Below, piece after piece: positions 9,201 through 19,181 of a stretch of DNA of 64,000 nt. Each line of letters begins with the position of its first letter. Position 1 is the stretch's first letter. The translations under genes were made by a program, and so were the position numbers. Origin of the DNA: Tubiluchus corallicola. Lineage: Eukaryota; Animalia; Priapulida. The notes under the pieces are model-generated. The model ran no database searches and was not told where the DNA came from. It saw nothing but the letters and a program-made list of their open reading frames with translations. The stretch lies in NCBI GenBank assembly GCA_030141605.1, contig JAQGDQ010002410.1, positions 1-64,000 of the forward strand. Reading direction: 5' to 3'.

Positions 9201-9992
9201 TCTATTATTCTCTATTCTACGTATCAGGGTTTTGCCTTTGTCAGTGTATTCCTCCAAACCCATTAAGTAAAGTAGCTCCTCGTAAAATTCTTTGTTGATG
9301 GTATTAGCATCGGTGGGTAAGTCCTTTTTGAGTAAAAAGTAAGGAGAAAGTATTTTGTAAAGTGTATCGGGGTTGGGGTCGTTTATATTGAAGTGGGTAA
9401 AGGTAATTTCTTTATCAGTGTTCCCTACAAAGGTTTGTGCTATTTCTTTATAAAAATAATCGGTGTTTTTGCTTGTTTTTTGTCCCTTCTCAAATTCTTT
9501 GAAGTCTTTAAGTAATTTCGTATCTCTGTAAAATAGCTTGTCAAACTCTAAGGCATCAATAATGTAAAAGTTGATATAGTCTGTTATGATAAAGTTTTTT
9601 AGGTTTTGGCTACCTTCTTTTTTGTGCCTTTCTCTAAGGTAGTAGAGTATAAGCTCGTGTAGGGCTTTGGTATTTAGGTTGTCGGGGGTAGGCATCTCCC
9701 TACTATCAGGTTTTTTAGTCTCTATCATTACCTCTACAGAACTTTTAGCCTTGTTACTATGTATGACAAGGTCGGTGCGTTTGTAGGTGTTAATATGGTT
9801 GTTTTGGTAGAAAGTAGTATCTAAAAAATTGGTAAGAATGTTTTTGTTGTGTTCCTCCGTTTCTTTGGGGTTGATACTGTCTTTAAAGGTGTTTAATGCA
9901 GTGGTGAAGTTTTGTAAGTCTTCTTTGGGTATAGGTAGCTTTGATAGCTTGCCTTTTAAACTGTCGTCTATGTTTTTAGGGTTATGTTGCAT
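6251..9992 (-). pseudogene. Type IIG (Eco57I-like) fused restriction endonuclease / N6-adenine methyltransferase, frameshifted near the 3' end
   Basis: Nuclease-type D..IETK motif, motif I DPAVGSGHFL, motif IV GNPPY and TaqI_C-like region. The frame stops at 6561-6563, but a 103-aa tail (ILNSK..IPIP..IDTMVYKLYNLTQEEIAIVEGK) continues in another frame to a stop at 6251-6253. Confidence 0.85.
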
Positions 9993-10046
9993 TTAAGAAA
10001 CAAGATAATAAATTTTGGGTAAAAATAATATAAAATCCTTACATAT

Positions 10047-10268
10047 TTATTCCTTTTTTACCCTTTTGTATAGTTGTAATAAGTATTGAGTATCAGGGGT
10101 AAAAAGTTGTGTTACTTCCTCCGTGTTTAAGTGGTAGTTTTTTATTAAATAAGCCATTATAAGACCTTGTAATGGCTGGGTAGATATACAATGTTCCTGT
10201 AGTTTCAATACAAGTTCTAAACTATCTACAATAGTATCTATACGGTTTACTTCTTTATTTAGGTTCAT
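10047..10268 (-). CDS. Small hypothetical protein (73 aa)
   Basis: ATG-started ORF co-directional with its neighbours; no recognised motif. Confidence 0.5.
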   Translation of the reverse strand: MNLNKEVNRIDTIVDSLELVLKLQEHCISTQPLQGLIMAYLIKNYHLNTEEVTQLFTPDTQYLLQLYKRVKKE

Positions 10269-10289
10269 AACTAATTAAGATTTTAGGGT

Positions 10290-10508
10290 TTATTGTTTCT
10301 TTTTGTTTGCTTCTATATCTTTTAAGATTTGTTTTGTAAGAAGGGTAGCAAGGTTGTCTATATGTAGTTTGTAAATATCTTTGAGTTGGTTAAGGTATTT
10401 TTGCGTATTAGCATCTTGGGAGAGGTTAATACAGTGGTTAAGCTCTTCAATCTGCACATATAGAAATTTAATGAAAGGGTGAGCGGGTGGGGTATGTTCT
10501 TTTTTCAT
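10290..10508 (-). CDS. Small hypothetical protein (72 aa from ATG 10508)
   Basis: Likely start is MKKEHTPP; the longer track ORF (to 10631) runs through a structured non-coding region. Confidence 0.5.
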   Translation of the reverse strand: MKKEHTPPAHPFIKFLYVQIEELNHCINLSQDANTQKYLNQLKDIYKLHIDNLATLLTKQILKDIEANKKKQ

Positions 10509-10577
10509 AAGTAGAGTATGTTTTAATTTACTCTCCCCCAGTTCCAAAGAAGGTAATAGTTTAAAGTATAGACAAAA

Positions 10578-10723
10578 AATAAGCAAGGAACTGTAACTTA
10601 TTCGTTTTAGAGGCTCTGAGAAGCCTTGCATCCAAATAAATACAGCCCTTGCTATACTTACTATTCTTGGATGCTTAAAAATTTCTCAGATTTCTAAAAC
10701 AAGAATATAAGCTATTGCTTATT
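10578..10723. ncRNA. Candidate structured RNA (long interrupted hairpin) upstream of two small ORFs
   Basis: Nested complementary blocks AATAAGCAA/TTGCTTATT, GTTTTAGA/TCTAAAAC, TCTGAGAA/TTCTCAGA and GCATCCAA/TTGGATGC. Confidence 0.45.
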
Positions 10724-10837
10724 ATGTTATTTTAAATGATGTTAATAGTGTTTTAAGCCATAGTTTTTTGCTTTGTTTGCTATAATGTTTAAATAAATAT
10801 AGTAAATAAGAGTAATATTAAAACCTCAAATAAAAAA

Positions 10838-11221
10838 CTATACCCACCCTCTTTCTTCATACAACTTATAGCCTATTTTCAAGGCATTGGCAATTTGCTT
10901 TTCTAAGATATCGTCCAAATTGCGAATGTGAAAACACGACTTGCCTTTCAACAATTTAAGAAGCTCTGACTGAAATACCTCTTTCAAGGAAACATCGGCA
11001 TAAACAGGCATATAATAAAACCCCACATAATGGCTCTGTATGATAAGCCCAGCAAAATACATTTCTTTGCGTTTCCTTCCCTCAACTACCAAATCCTTAA
11101 AAGACCACAAATCGTACTTACTATCAAGGTCAAACTTAGGCTGCAAAACACCCTCATACTTTTTCAACAATTCTTTGAGCCTATTAAAAATAACAATAAG
11201 CTTTTCTTGTTCTTCTTGCAT
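10838..11221 (-). CDS. DUF1801/YdhG-like protein
   Basis: YVGFYYMPVY and LKGKSCFH motifs. Confidence 0.65.
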   Translation of the reverse strand: MQEEQEKLIVIFNRLKELLKKYEGVLQPKFDLDSKYDLWSFKDLVVEGRKRKEMYFAGLIIQSHYVGFYYMPVYADVSLKEVFQSELLKLLKGKSCFHIRNLDDILEKQIANALKIGYKLYEERGWV

Positions 11222-11229
11222 AGCTTTTT

Positions 11230-12213
11230 TTAATTAAACAAAGTGTTTACAAATTTCTTTCTATCAAACATTTGCAAATCCTCCATACCTTCACCCACAC
11301 CTATGTACTTCACAGGAATTTTAAACTGGTCGCTTACACCAATTACAACACCACCCTTGGCCGTACCATCCAATTTTGTTATTGCCAAAGCATTCACCTC
11401 CGTAGCCTTAGTAAACTGTTTTGCCTGCTCAAAAGCGTTTTGCCCCGTAGAACCATCTAATACCAACAGTACTTCATTAGGAGCATTGGGCAGTACTTTT
11501 TTCATCACTTGTTTTACTTTGGTCAGTTCGTTCATCAAATTTACTTTATTATGTAGCCTTCCTGCTGTATCAATTATCACCACATCAGTATTGTTATTTT
11601 TTGCTGATGACAAAGTATCAAAAGCCACAGAAGCAGGGTCTGAACCCATTTTTTGTTTTACAATAGGTACCCCAACTCTATCTGACCATATAGTAATTTG
11701 TTCTACGGCTGCAGCACGAAAGGTATCTGCGGCACCTAAAAGTACTGATTTTCCAGCTTTTTTAAAATTATATGCCAACTTGCCAATAGTAGTTGTTTTG
11801 CCCACGCCATTTACTCCTACAACCATTATTACATAAGGAGTTTCGGACAACGACATATCAAAATTAATATCTTGGCTCTTGTTTTCTTCCAAAAGACTAA
11901 CTATTTCTTCTTTCAATGTAGCATTCAATTCATCAGAAGTCAAATATTTATCTTTACTAACCTTCTTCTCAATTCTTTCAATAATTTTTATAGTTGTATC
12001 CACCCCTACATCAGAAGCAATAAGCACCTCCTCCAGCCTGTCCAAGACCTCTTCATCTATTTTCGACTTACCCACCACTACACGTGCTAACCTTTTCAGT
12101 ACACTTTCTTTTGTTTTACTAAGTCCCTGCTCAAGTTTATCCTTTTCTGCCCTATTAGCATCAAATGCATTTTCACCTTTTTTCTTTCTTGAGAAAACAT
12201 TTAAAACTCCCAT
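11230..12213 (-). CDS. ftsY: Signal recognition particle receptor FtsY
   Basis: GVNGVGKTTTIGKLA, DTFRAAA, DTAGRLH, TKLDGTAKGG. Confidence 0.97.
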   Translation of the reverse strand: MGVLNVFSRKKKGENAFDANRAEKDKLEQGLSKTKESVLKRLARVVVGKSKIDEEVLDRLEEVLIASDVGVDTTIKIIERIEKKVSKDKYLTSDELNATLKEEIVSLLEENKSQDINFDMSLSETPYVIMVVGVNGVGKTTTIGKLAYNFKKAGKSVLLGAADTFRAAAVEQITIWSDRVGVPIVKQKMGSDPASVAFDTLSSAKNNNTDVVIIDTAGRLHNKVNLMNELTKVKQVMKKVLPNAPNEVLLVLDGSTGQNAFEQAKQFTKATEVNALAITKLDGTAKGGVVIGVSDQFKIPVKYIGVGEGMEDLQMFDRKKFVNTLFN

Positions 12214-12310
12214 TATACTTTATTTTTCTGAAAATAAAAAAGACCTTCTTTTTGCATTACCAAAGAAAGCCTTTCTACTATATTGTTATTAATCCGAATG
12301 CTATTTAATG

Positions 12311-12481
12311 CTAAGACATTTTATTTTTCCCCTTTGCGAAATATTCTTTTACCTCTTCCAAAGGTATCATTTCTTCTTTGTAAGAATAATTTCCTTCTTT
12401 TTCAGATTTCATAAGTTTAAATATCTTTGCAAAGCCTCGTCCTCCTTTCTTTTGTAGAGTAGCAACAACTTTCTTAGCCAT
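12311..12481 (-). CDS. DUF4295 family small protein (56 aa)
   Basis: Hand translation MAKKVVATLQKKGGRGFAKIFKLMKSEKEGNYSYKEEMI...; conserved Bacteroidota position between rpmG and ftsY. Confidence 0.85.
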   Translation of the reverse strand: MAKKVVATLQKKGGRGFAKIFKLMKSEKEGNYSYKEEMIPLEEVKEYFAKGKNKMS

Positions 12482-12487
12482 AATCTA

Positions 12488-12670
12488 TTATTTTATTTCT
12501 TTGTGAGTAGTCATTTTCCTTAGAACGGGGTTGTATTTTTTCAACTCCAAACGACTAGGTGTATTTTTCTTATTTTTAGTGCTAATATACCTTGACATTC
12601 CCGGCATACCACTTTTTTTATGTTCTGTGCATTCTAAAATAACCTGCACTCTGTTTCCTTTCTTTGCCAT
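12488..12670 (-). CDS. rpmG: 50S ribosomal protein L33
   Basis: [36 protein letters not shown]. Confidence 0.97.
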   Translation of the reverse strand: MAKKGNRVQVILECTEHKKSGMPGMSRYISTKNKKNTPSRLELKKYNPVLRKMTTHKEIK

Positions 12671-12685
12671 ATTTTATTATAGGAA

Positions 12686-12928
12686 TTAATAGTTGTTGAT
12701 AAATCCTTTTACTTTTGCTTCCTTCAAGCAAACATTTAGTCCTTTTTTATTTATGTTTCTAATACCCGCCGCACTTACTCTAATTTTTATCCATCTATCT
12801 TCTTCTGGCAGGTAAAACCTTTTATCAAATAAATTGACTTCAAATCTTCTTTTGGTTTTTTTATGAGAGTGAGAAACATTGTTCCCTGTCATTGCTTTCT
12901 TTCCCGTTATCTGACAAACTCTTAACAT
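12686..12928 (-). CDS. rpmB: 50S ribosomal protein L28
   Basis: RVCQITGK..GNNVSHS..KTKRRF..NL. Confidence 0.97.
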   Translation of the reverse strand: MLRVCQITGKKAMTGNNVSHSHKKTKRRFEVNLFDKRFYLPEEDRWIKIRVSAAGIRNINKKGLNVCLKEAKVKGFINNY

Positions 12929-13001
12929 CCTTATCCAATTTTATATTAATAGCAAAATATTTTGCAAATATCTATAATTTATTCCAATTTTCAAAATAAA
13001 A

Positions 13002-14045
13002 CTAAGAATTCTTTTCCAATTCCTCTACCTTTTTTTCTAATTCTAAAATTTTATTATTCAGCATAGGCAGCTTCCTATAAAAGAAATACAATCTTTTATA
13101 ATCATTTGCAGATATTGCAGGAGATCCCAGCATTGTCTGTCCCTCTTTCATTATCCGAGAAGTTACTCCCGACTGAGCACTTATTTTTGTTTTATTAGCG
13201 ATATTCACATGACCAGTAACACCCACCTGCCCACCAAACATACAACTATTCCCTATTTTCGTTGAGCCAGCAATACCCACCTGAGCAGCAAATACTGTGT
13301 TTTCGCCTATTTCTACATTGTGAGCCACCTGAATAAGATTGTCCAATTTAGCCCCTTTCTTAATAATGGTAGAACCCATAGTAGCCCTATCCACTGTTGT
13401 ATTAGCGCCCAACTCCACATTGTCCTCTATCACTACATCACCTATTTGAGGTATTTTTTTATAAATACCCGTCTTTTCGTCAGAGGCAAACCCAAAACCA
13501 TCGGCCCCAACTACAGCACCCGAATGCAAAATACAATTTTCACCTACTTTACAATTTTCATAAATATTTACCCCAGAATAAAGTATAGTGCCTTTTCCCA
13601 CCTGTACATTATCACCTACATATGTATGCGGATATATTTTAACACCTTTGCCTATCTTCGCACCTTTACCCACATAAGAAAAAGCTCCCACATACACCTC
13701 TTCCCCTATATCTGCCGCAGGATCTACAAAAGAAAGCTCTTCCACTCCCACTTTTTTCTCTTTTGCCTCTTCATATAAATCAAGCAACGAAGCAAAAGAT
13801 TTATAGGCATCTTTCACTCTTATTAAAGTAGGTTTTATCTCTTTCTCTAAATGAAAATCATCATTAACTAACACAATAGAAGACTTCGTTTCATACAGAT
13901 AAGAGCTATACTTAATGTTAGAAAGAAAAGAAAGAGTATTAGCTTTACCTTCCTCTATTTTTGACACATTATTTACTTTTACATCCTTGTCTCCTTCTAT
14001 CTTCCCTTCTAAAAAATCCGCAATTTGCTCGGCCGAAAATTCCAT
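13002..14045 (-). CDS. lpxD: UDP-3-O-(3-hydroxymyristoyl)glucosamine N-acyltransferase
   Basis: Hexapeptide repeats, [17 protein letters not shown]. Confidence 0.95.
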   Translation of the reverse strand: MEFSAEQIADFLEGKIEGDKDVKVNNVSKIEEGKANTLSFLSNIKYSSYLYETKSSIVLVNDDFHLEKEIKPTLIRVKDAYKSFASLLDLYEEAKEKKVGVEELSFVDPAADIGEEVYVGAFSYVGKGAKIGKGVKIYPHTYVGDNVQVGKGTILYSGVNIYENCKVGENCILHSGAVVGADGFGFASDEKTGIYKKIPQIGDVVIEDNVELGANTTVDRATMGSTIIKKGAKLDNLIQVAHNVEIGENTVFAAQVGIAGSTKIGNSCMFGGQVGVTGHVNIANKTKISAQSGVTSRIMKEGQTMLGSPAISANDYKRLYFFYRKLPMLNNKILELEKKVEELEKNS

Positions 14046-14065
14046 AAAATCTTATTTTTATAAGG

Positions 14066-14073
14066 CAAAGGTA
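14066..14073 (-). promoter_or_regulatory. Bacteroidota sigma-A -7 element for lpxD
   Basis: TACCTTTG on the minus strand matches the TAnnTTTG consensus, ~20 bp upstream of the start. Confidence 0.55.
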
Positions 14074-14221
14074 ATTTTTTTTATATAAAAAAGAACAATG
14101 CATCAATTTCAAGAAACGACTAACACCTTAAATAACAGTAAAACATTTAATCATCTCCTTACAAAAACAAAATTAAATATAAAGTAATGTATCTATATTA
14201 AGTATGTTTGTACTAGCTTTA

Positions 14222-14374
14222 GGTAATGTATTAGGAGTTGGTAAGTAAGCAGTATGTCATACCTGAAAAAGCGAGTATCTTATACGTTTAAGATTTCTGA
14301 ATTTTGCGATAGCAAAATTCAGAAATAACACCAACATTGTTGTATTATTATCTGTTAATTGATAATACATTAAC
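14222..14374 (-). mobile_element. IS1595-like MITE copy with a nested palindromic insert
   Basis: Ends GGTAATGTATTAGGAGTTGG ... TTGATAATACATTAAC match the two ends of the 60308-60376 element; internal 15-bp-stem hairpin at 14293-14326. Confidence 0.55.
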
Positions 14375-14639
14375 AAAAAAAAACTTAACACAAGAACAAA
14401 AAAGTTATAAAAACTATTTCAAATTATTTAGATAAGCATTTAGCTTGCGATTTTTGCAAAACAATAGATTTTAAAAACTTGTGTAAATGTATATAGCTGT
14501 AAAAAACTAATTCAAAAGTTTGCAACAAAAAGAATACTGCATTATATTAGCAGCGAAAAATATATTGTAACTTTAATCTTAAAAACTCCATTAATTTCTT
14601 TAATTCAAGCATTTTTACAAACTATTGAAGATAAGCCTT

Positions 14640-17597
14640 ATGAAGTCATTAGTCTTAATGATTGTGATAATAGTTATAGCTATTACTAGATTATTTGCCC
14701 AAGAAAAAATTGTTACAGGAACGGTAAAGAATGAGAAAGGAGAAGTGCTTCCGGGGGTGAGTGTGCTTATTAAAGAAACGTATCAAGGTACTATTACCAA
14801 TGCGGATGGATGGTATTCTATTGTGACTACAGAGGGACAAGTGCTAGTGTTTTCTTTTGTGGGGATGAACTCGCGGGAAATAGTGGTAGGAGATAGAACT
14901 CAGATAGATGTGGTACTTTCTCAAAGTGATATTATGCTAGAAGAAACTGTGGTTGTGGGTTATGGTTATCAGCGAAAGAGTGATTTAACGGGGTCTATAA
15001 GTACTGTAAAAAGCGATGATATTGTAAAAATTCCTTCTATTTCTCCAGAGCAGGCTTTGCAGGGGAAGGTCGCTGGAGTAACAGTTACAAGTAATTCTGG
15101 TACTCCGGGCGATGCTCCTATTGTAAGAATAAGGGGGGTGGGAACGCTTAATAACGCTTCACCTCTTTATGTCGTGGATGGGGTTTTGTTGGACGATATT
15201 AGGTTTTTAAGCAGTCAAGACATAGAATCTATGGAGGTTTTGAAAGATGCTTCTGCCACAGCAATATATGGCTCAAGAGGAGCCAATGGGGTTATTATCA
15301 TATCAACAAAACAAGGAAAAATAGGAGATGCTAAAATAGACTTTGATTCTTATTTCGGGTTTCAAAATGTAGGCAGCTATATAGATATGGTCAATGCTAA
15401 CCAGTATGCTACATTGGCTAATGAACTGGCGGACAATGAAGGGATACCTCGTCCGTATGAAGATCCCTCTATTTATGGGGAGGGGACAAATTGGTTTGAT
15501 GAAATATTTAGGGTAGCTCCTATTCAAAATCATCAATTGAACATAAGTGGAGGCAGTGAAAAGGTGTTGTATAATTTAAGTATAAGTTATTTTGACCAAG
15601 TGGGGGTGATTGAGCAGTCAGAATATGATAGATTGACTGTGAGGTTGAACAATATTTATGAAATTAATGATTATGTAAAGGCGGGACATAATTTTTCGTT
15701 TTCTAAGTTTAGTAGTGACAATGTGCCTAATGTGGTAGCTAGTGCTTATAGGATAGAGCCTACTATAAATCCCATAGATGAAGATGGAAACTATGTCGGC
15801 TCGCAGGTGGGAGCAGCAAATCCATTGGCACAATTGGAATATTCAAACGATGAAAGTTTTGGACATAGATTTGTCGGAAACATTTATTTGGATATTAGTT
15901 TTTTAAAGGATTTTTATTTTAAGTCGAGCTATGGTTTAGATTTATCTTACAACCAAGGGGTGAATTTTACTCCAGAGTATTATGTGTCGCCTACGCAGCA
16001 GAATCAAGAGTCGCTATTAACTAAGACTATATCATATTTCAATACTTGGTTGTGGGAAAACACATTGACTTATAGTAAGGAAATAAATAACATTCATCGG
16101 TTCAATGTGCTTGGGGGATTTACTATGCAAGATTCGTATTACGAAAAGTTGGAGGGGAGTGTGAAAAATTTGCTTGGCGATACGGATGACTTTTGGTATT
16201 TGGTTGCTGGTGATGCTAGTACGCAAACGAATTTTAATGAGGCTACTAATTGGGCGATGATATCGTATTTGTTTAGGTTGAATTATACCTTGAAAGAAAA
16301 GTATCTTTTTACAGGTACTTTTAGGTCTGATGGTTCTTCTAAGTTTGGAGAAAACAATAGGTTTGGCTACTTTCCATCGGTAGCTTTGGGTTGGAGGGTT
16401 ACAGAAGAGAATTTTATGAAAGATGTAGTTCCCGTAAGCAATTTAAAGGTAAGGGCTAGCTGGGGGCAGATAGGCAATGATAAAATAGGGGAATATGCGG
16501 CCCACTCCAATGTAACGAATAATCTGAATACAGTGTTTGGCTCGCCACAGGTGCTACATCCCGGCTTTTTGCAGACGGAACTTTCTAACCCAGATATAAG
16601 ATGGGAAACGACTACTCAGATTGATATTGGTGCAGAAGTTGGCTTGTTGAAGAATAAGTTTTCTTTGGAGCTAGATTATTACAACAGAACTACTGATGAT
16701 ATTTTGATAGAAACTCCTATCCCTTATCTTGTTGGCTCTTCCAATGACCCCGTTATCAATGCTGCTTCTGTAAGGAACGAGGGATTTGAGTTTGTTGTTA
16801 GTTGGAGTGATAGTAAAAAAGATTTTAGCTATAATGTAACTTTTACGGGTACTACTATAAGTAATGAGGTTTTGAAACTGTCTGAGGGTAAAACTGAGAT
16901 TTTTGCGGGAAATATTGGTAATGGACAGTTGGTAACTATTACAAAGGTGGGTAGCGAAATAGGCTCTTTTTATGGCTATAAGGTGGATGGAGTGTTTCAA
17001 AGTGAGGAGGAGATAAACAATAGCCCTAGTAAGGAGGGAGCGAAGCCAGGGGATTTAAAGTATGTAGATTTGAATGGCGATGGTGAGATAACGGATGAAG
17101 ATAAAACGATAATAGGTTCTCCTATTCCTAATTTTATTTGTGGTTTATCTTTTTCTTGCACTTATCGCGATTTCGATTTTTCTATGGATTGGCAGGCACA
17201 GTTGGGTAATGAAATATACAATGCTAAGAAGGCTGTAAGGGTTGATACTTACAATTTTGAGACTTCTTATTTAGACCGTTGGCAGGGAGCGGGTACTTCG
17301 GTGAAAGAACCAAGACTTACTAATTCGGGCGATAACTATGAAGTGTCTGAAAGGTTTGTAGAGGATGGTTCATTTCTTCGACTTAGAAATATTCAGCTGG
17401 GGTATACTTTTTTGAAGGACAGACACGGTATTAGTCGATTTAGGGTGTATACGAGTGCTTCCAATCTATTTACTATTACTAAGTACTCTGGCTTCTCTCC
17501 AGAGATAGGAGGTGGCAATGTGCTTCAAACGGGTATAGATAATGGGGTTTACCCTGTTACTGCAACATATATTTTGGGGGTTAATCTAACTTTTTAA
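14640..17597 (+). CDS. SusC/RagA-family TonB-dependent transporter
   Basis: CarboxypepD-like N-terminus, VVVGYG, LKDASATAIYGSRGANGVIIISTK, C-terminal GVNLTF; ATG at 14640. Confidence 0.95.
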   Translation: MKSLVLMIVIIVIAITRLFAQEKIVTGTVKNEKGEVLPGVSVLIKETYQGTITNADGWYSIVTTEGQVLVFSFVGMNSREIVVGDRTQIDVVLSQSDIMLEETVVVGYGYQRKSDLTGSISTVKSDDIVKIPSISPEQALQGKVAGVTVTSNSGTPGDAPIVRIRGVGTLNNASPLYVVDGVLLDDIRFLSSQDIESMEVLKDASATAIYGSRGANGVIIISTKQGKIGDAKIDFDSYFGFQNVGSYIDMVNANQYATLANELADNEGIPRPYEDPSIYGEGTNWFDEIFRVAPIQNHQLNISGGSEKVLYNLSISYFDQVGVIEQSEYDRLTVRLNNIYEINDYVKAGHNFSFSKFSSDNVPNVVASAYRIEPTINPIDEDGNYVGSQVGAANPLAQLEYSNDESFGHRFVGNIYLDISFLKDFYFKSSYGLDLSYNQGVNFTPEYYVSPTQQNQESLLTKTISYFNTWLWENTLTYSKEINNIHRFNVLGGFTMQDSYYEKLEGSVKNLLGDTDDFWYLVAGDASTQTNFNEATNWAMISYLFRLNYTLKEKYLFTGTFRSDGSSKFGENNRFGYFPSVALGWRVTEENFMKDVVPVSNLKVRASWGQIGNDKIGEYAAHSNVTNNLNTVFGSPQVLHPGFLQTELSNPDIRWETTTQIDIGAEVGLLKNKFSLELDYYNRTTDDILIETPIPYLVGSSNDPVINAASVRNEGFEFVVSWSDSKKDFSYNVTFTGTTISNEVLKLSEGKTEIFAGNIGNGQLVTITKVGSEIGSFYGYKVDGVFQSEEEINNSPSKEGAKPGDLKYVDLNGDGEITDEDKTIIGSPIPNFICGLSFSCTYRDFDFSMDWQAQLGNEIYNAKKAVRVDTYNFETSYLDRWQGAGTSVKEPRLTNSGDNYEVSERFVEDGSFLRLRNIQLGYTFLKDRHGISRFRVYTSASNLFTITKYSGFSPEIGGGNVLQTGIDNGVYPVTATYILGVNLTF

Positions 17598-17611
17598 TAT
17601 TGCAATGTAAG

Positions 17612-19096
17612 ATGAAAGGAATAATAGTTCAAATTATAGTATTAAGTACTACAATGTTGTTGTCTTGTGGTAAAAGTTTTTTGGATAAAAAACCGTTGGG
17701 GCAAGAAAATTCTACCAATTATTTGACGGATGAGGCAAGTGCGATTAAGGCTACTAATGCTATATATAATAAATTGAGGGATTGGGATTTGCACGTGTTT
17801 GCTTATATTGGTATGACAGATATTATTTCGGATGATGCTGATAAGGGGAGCACTCCTACTGATGGGGATGCTTTTCAAGGGGTATTGGATAGATTTTCTT
17901 TTAATGCAGGAAGTGGACCTTTTTTAGATTGGTGGCGGGGTAATTATCAAGGGGTGAGCAGGGCTAATAATGTAATAAATGGTGTGGGAGATTTGGATAT
18001 AGAGAGCGGTTTGAAAGAGCGTCTTGTCGGAGAAGCTAAGTTTCTTCGAGCGTATTTTTATTTTAATCTTGTAAGGGCATTTGGTGGAGTGCCACTAGTT
18101 ACAAAACAACTTTTGCCCGATGAGTATAATGCTACAAGAAATACGGAAGATGAGGTCTTTGATTTGATAATTGCAGATTTGGAAGCGGCTTCGGAGGTTT
18201 TGCCTGTGTCTTATGATTTGAGTGATTTGGGTAGGGCTACGAAAGGTGCTGCTTTGTCTATGCTTGCTAAAGTTTATTTGTTTAGGAATGATTTTGTTAA
18301 TGTGGGGAAGTATGCCAAGGCTGTGATAGATATGGATGTTTATGACTTGTTTTCTGATTTTTCTACATTGTTTACTCAGGCTGGAGAAAATAGTGAGGAG
18401 TCCATTTTTGAGGTGCAGGCGGCGGCTTTCGAACAAGGAGGTGGGGGTTCTCAATACAACGAGGTACAGGGGGTGAGGGGAAGTCCACCAAATTGGGGAT
18501 GGGGGTTTAATAGACCTTCTGATGATTTGGAAGCGGCTTTTGATGCTGAAGGGGATGATATACGTAAAAGGGGCACTATTATATTTGAGGGCGATATTAT
18601 TAATAATGAAACTATAGTGGGAAGTGATGATGGTCAGGAAACTCCTATTAAGTATAATAAGAAGGCTCTTGTGGAGCATCCGCATCCGGGGGGGAATGGT
18701 AATGGTCCGGGGAATATACGCATATTACGTTATGCTGATGTGCTGCTAATGTATGCAGAGGCTTTGAATGAGAATGGTAGTTTGGGAGAGGCTCAAACAT
18801 ACCTCAACTTGGTTCGCACAAGGGTAGAGCTGTCTAATACTACGGCTACTAATCAGGAAGATTTGAGACAAGCTATTTGGAACGAGCGAAGGCTGGAGTT
18901 AGCAATGGAACAGCATAGATGGTTCGATTTAGTAAGGCAGGGTAGGGCTATTGAGGTAATGGAAAAACATTTTGAAGATCACCCTGATGGTAATAAAAAT
19001 GGCATAACTGTTCAGGAGAAACATTTAATATTTCCTATACCACAGAGAGAAATAGATATAACTGGTGGTTCGTTGCAACAACAGGAGCTGTGGTGA
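17612..19096 (+). CDS. SusD/RagB-family glycan-binding lipoprotein
   Basis: Lipobox LLSC, GEAKFLRAYFYFNLVRAFGGVP, RYADVLLMYAEA, ERRLELAME..RWFDLVR. Confidence 0.95.
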   Translation: MKGIIVQIIVLSTTMLLSCGKSFLDKKPLGQENSTNYLTDEASAIKATNAIYNKLRDWDLHVFAYIGMTDIISDDADKGSTPTDGDAFQGVLDRFSFNAGSGPFLDWWRGNYQGVSRANNVINGVGDLDIESGLKERLVGEAKFLRAYFYFNLVRAFGGVPLVTKQLLPDEYNATRNTEDEVFDLIIADLEAASEVLPVSYDLSDLGRATKGAALSMLAKVYLFRNDFVNVGKYAKAVIDMDVYDLFSDFSTLFTQAGENSEESIFEVQAAAFEQGGGGSQYNEVQGVRGSPPNWGWGFNRPSDDLEAAFDAEGDDIRKRGTIIFEGDIINNETIVGSDDGQETPIKYNKKALVEHPHPGGNGNGPGNIRILRYADVLLMYAEALNENGSLGEAQTYLNLVRTRVELSNTTATNQEDLRQAIWNERRLELAMEQHRWFDLVRQGRAIEVMEKHFEDHPDGNKNGITVQEKHLIFPIPQREIDITGGSLQQQELW

Positions 19097-19181
19097 GATT
19101 TGTGATAATTGTATATTTATTATTTTTTGTGTAGCGATTAGTTTGAAGGCTAAGGCTAACGTTAATATTATTTAAAGGGCT

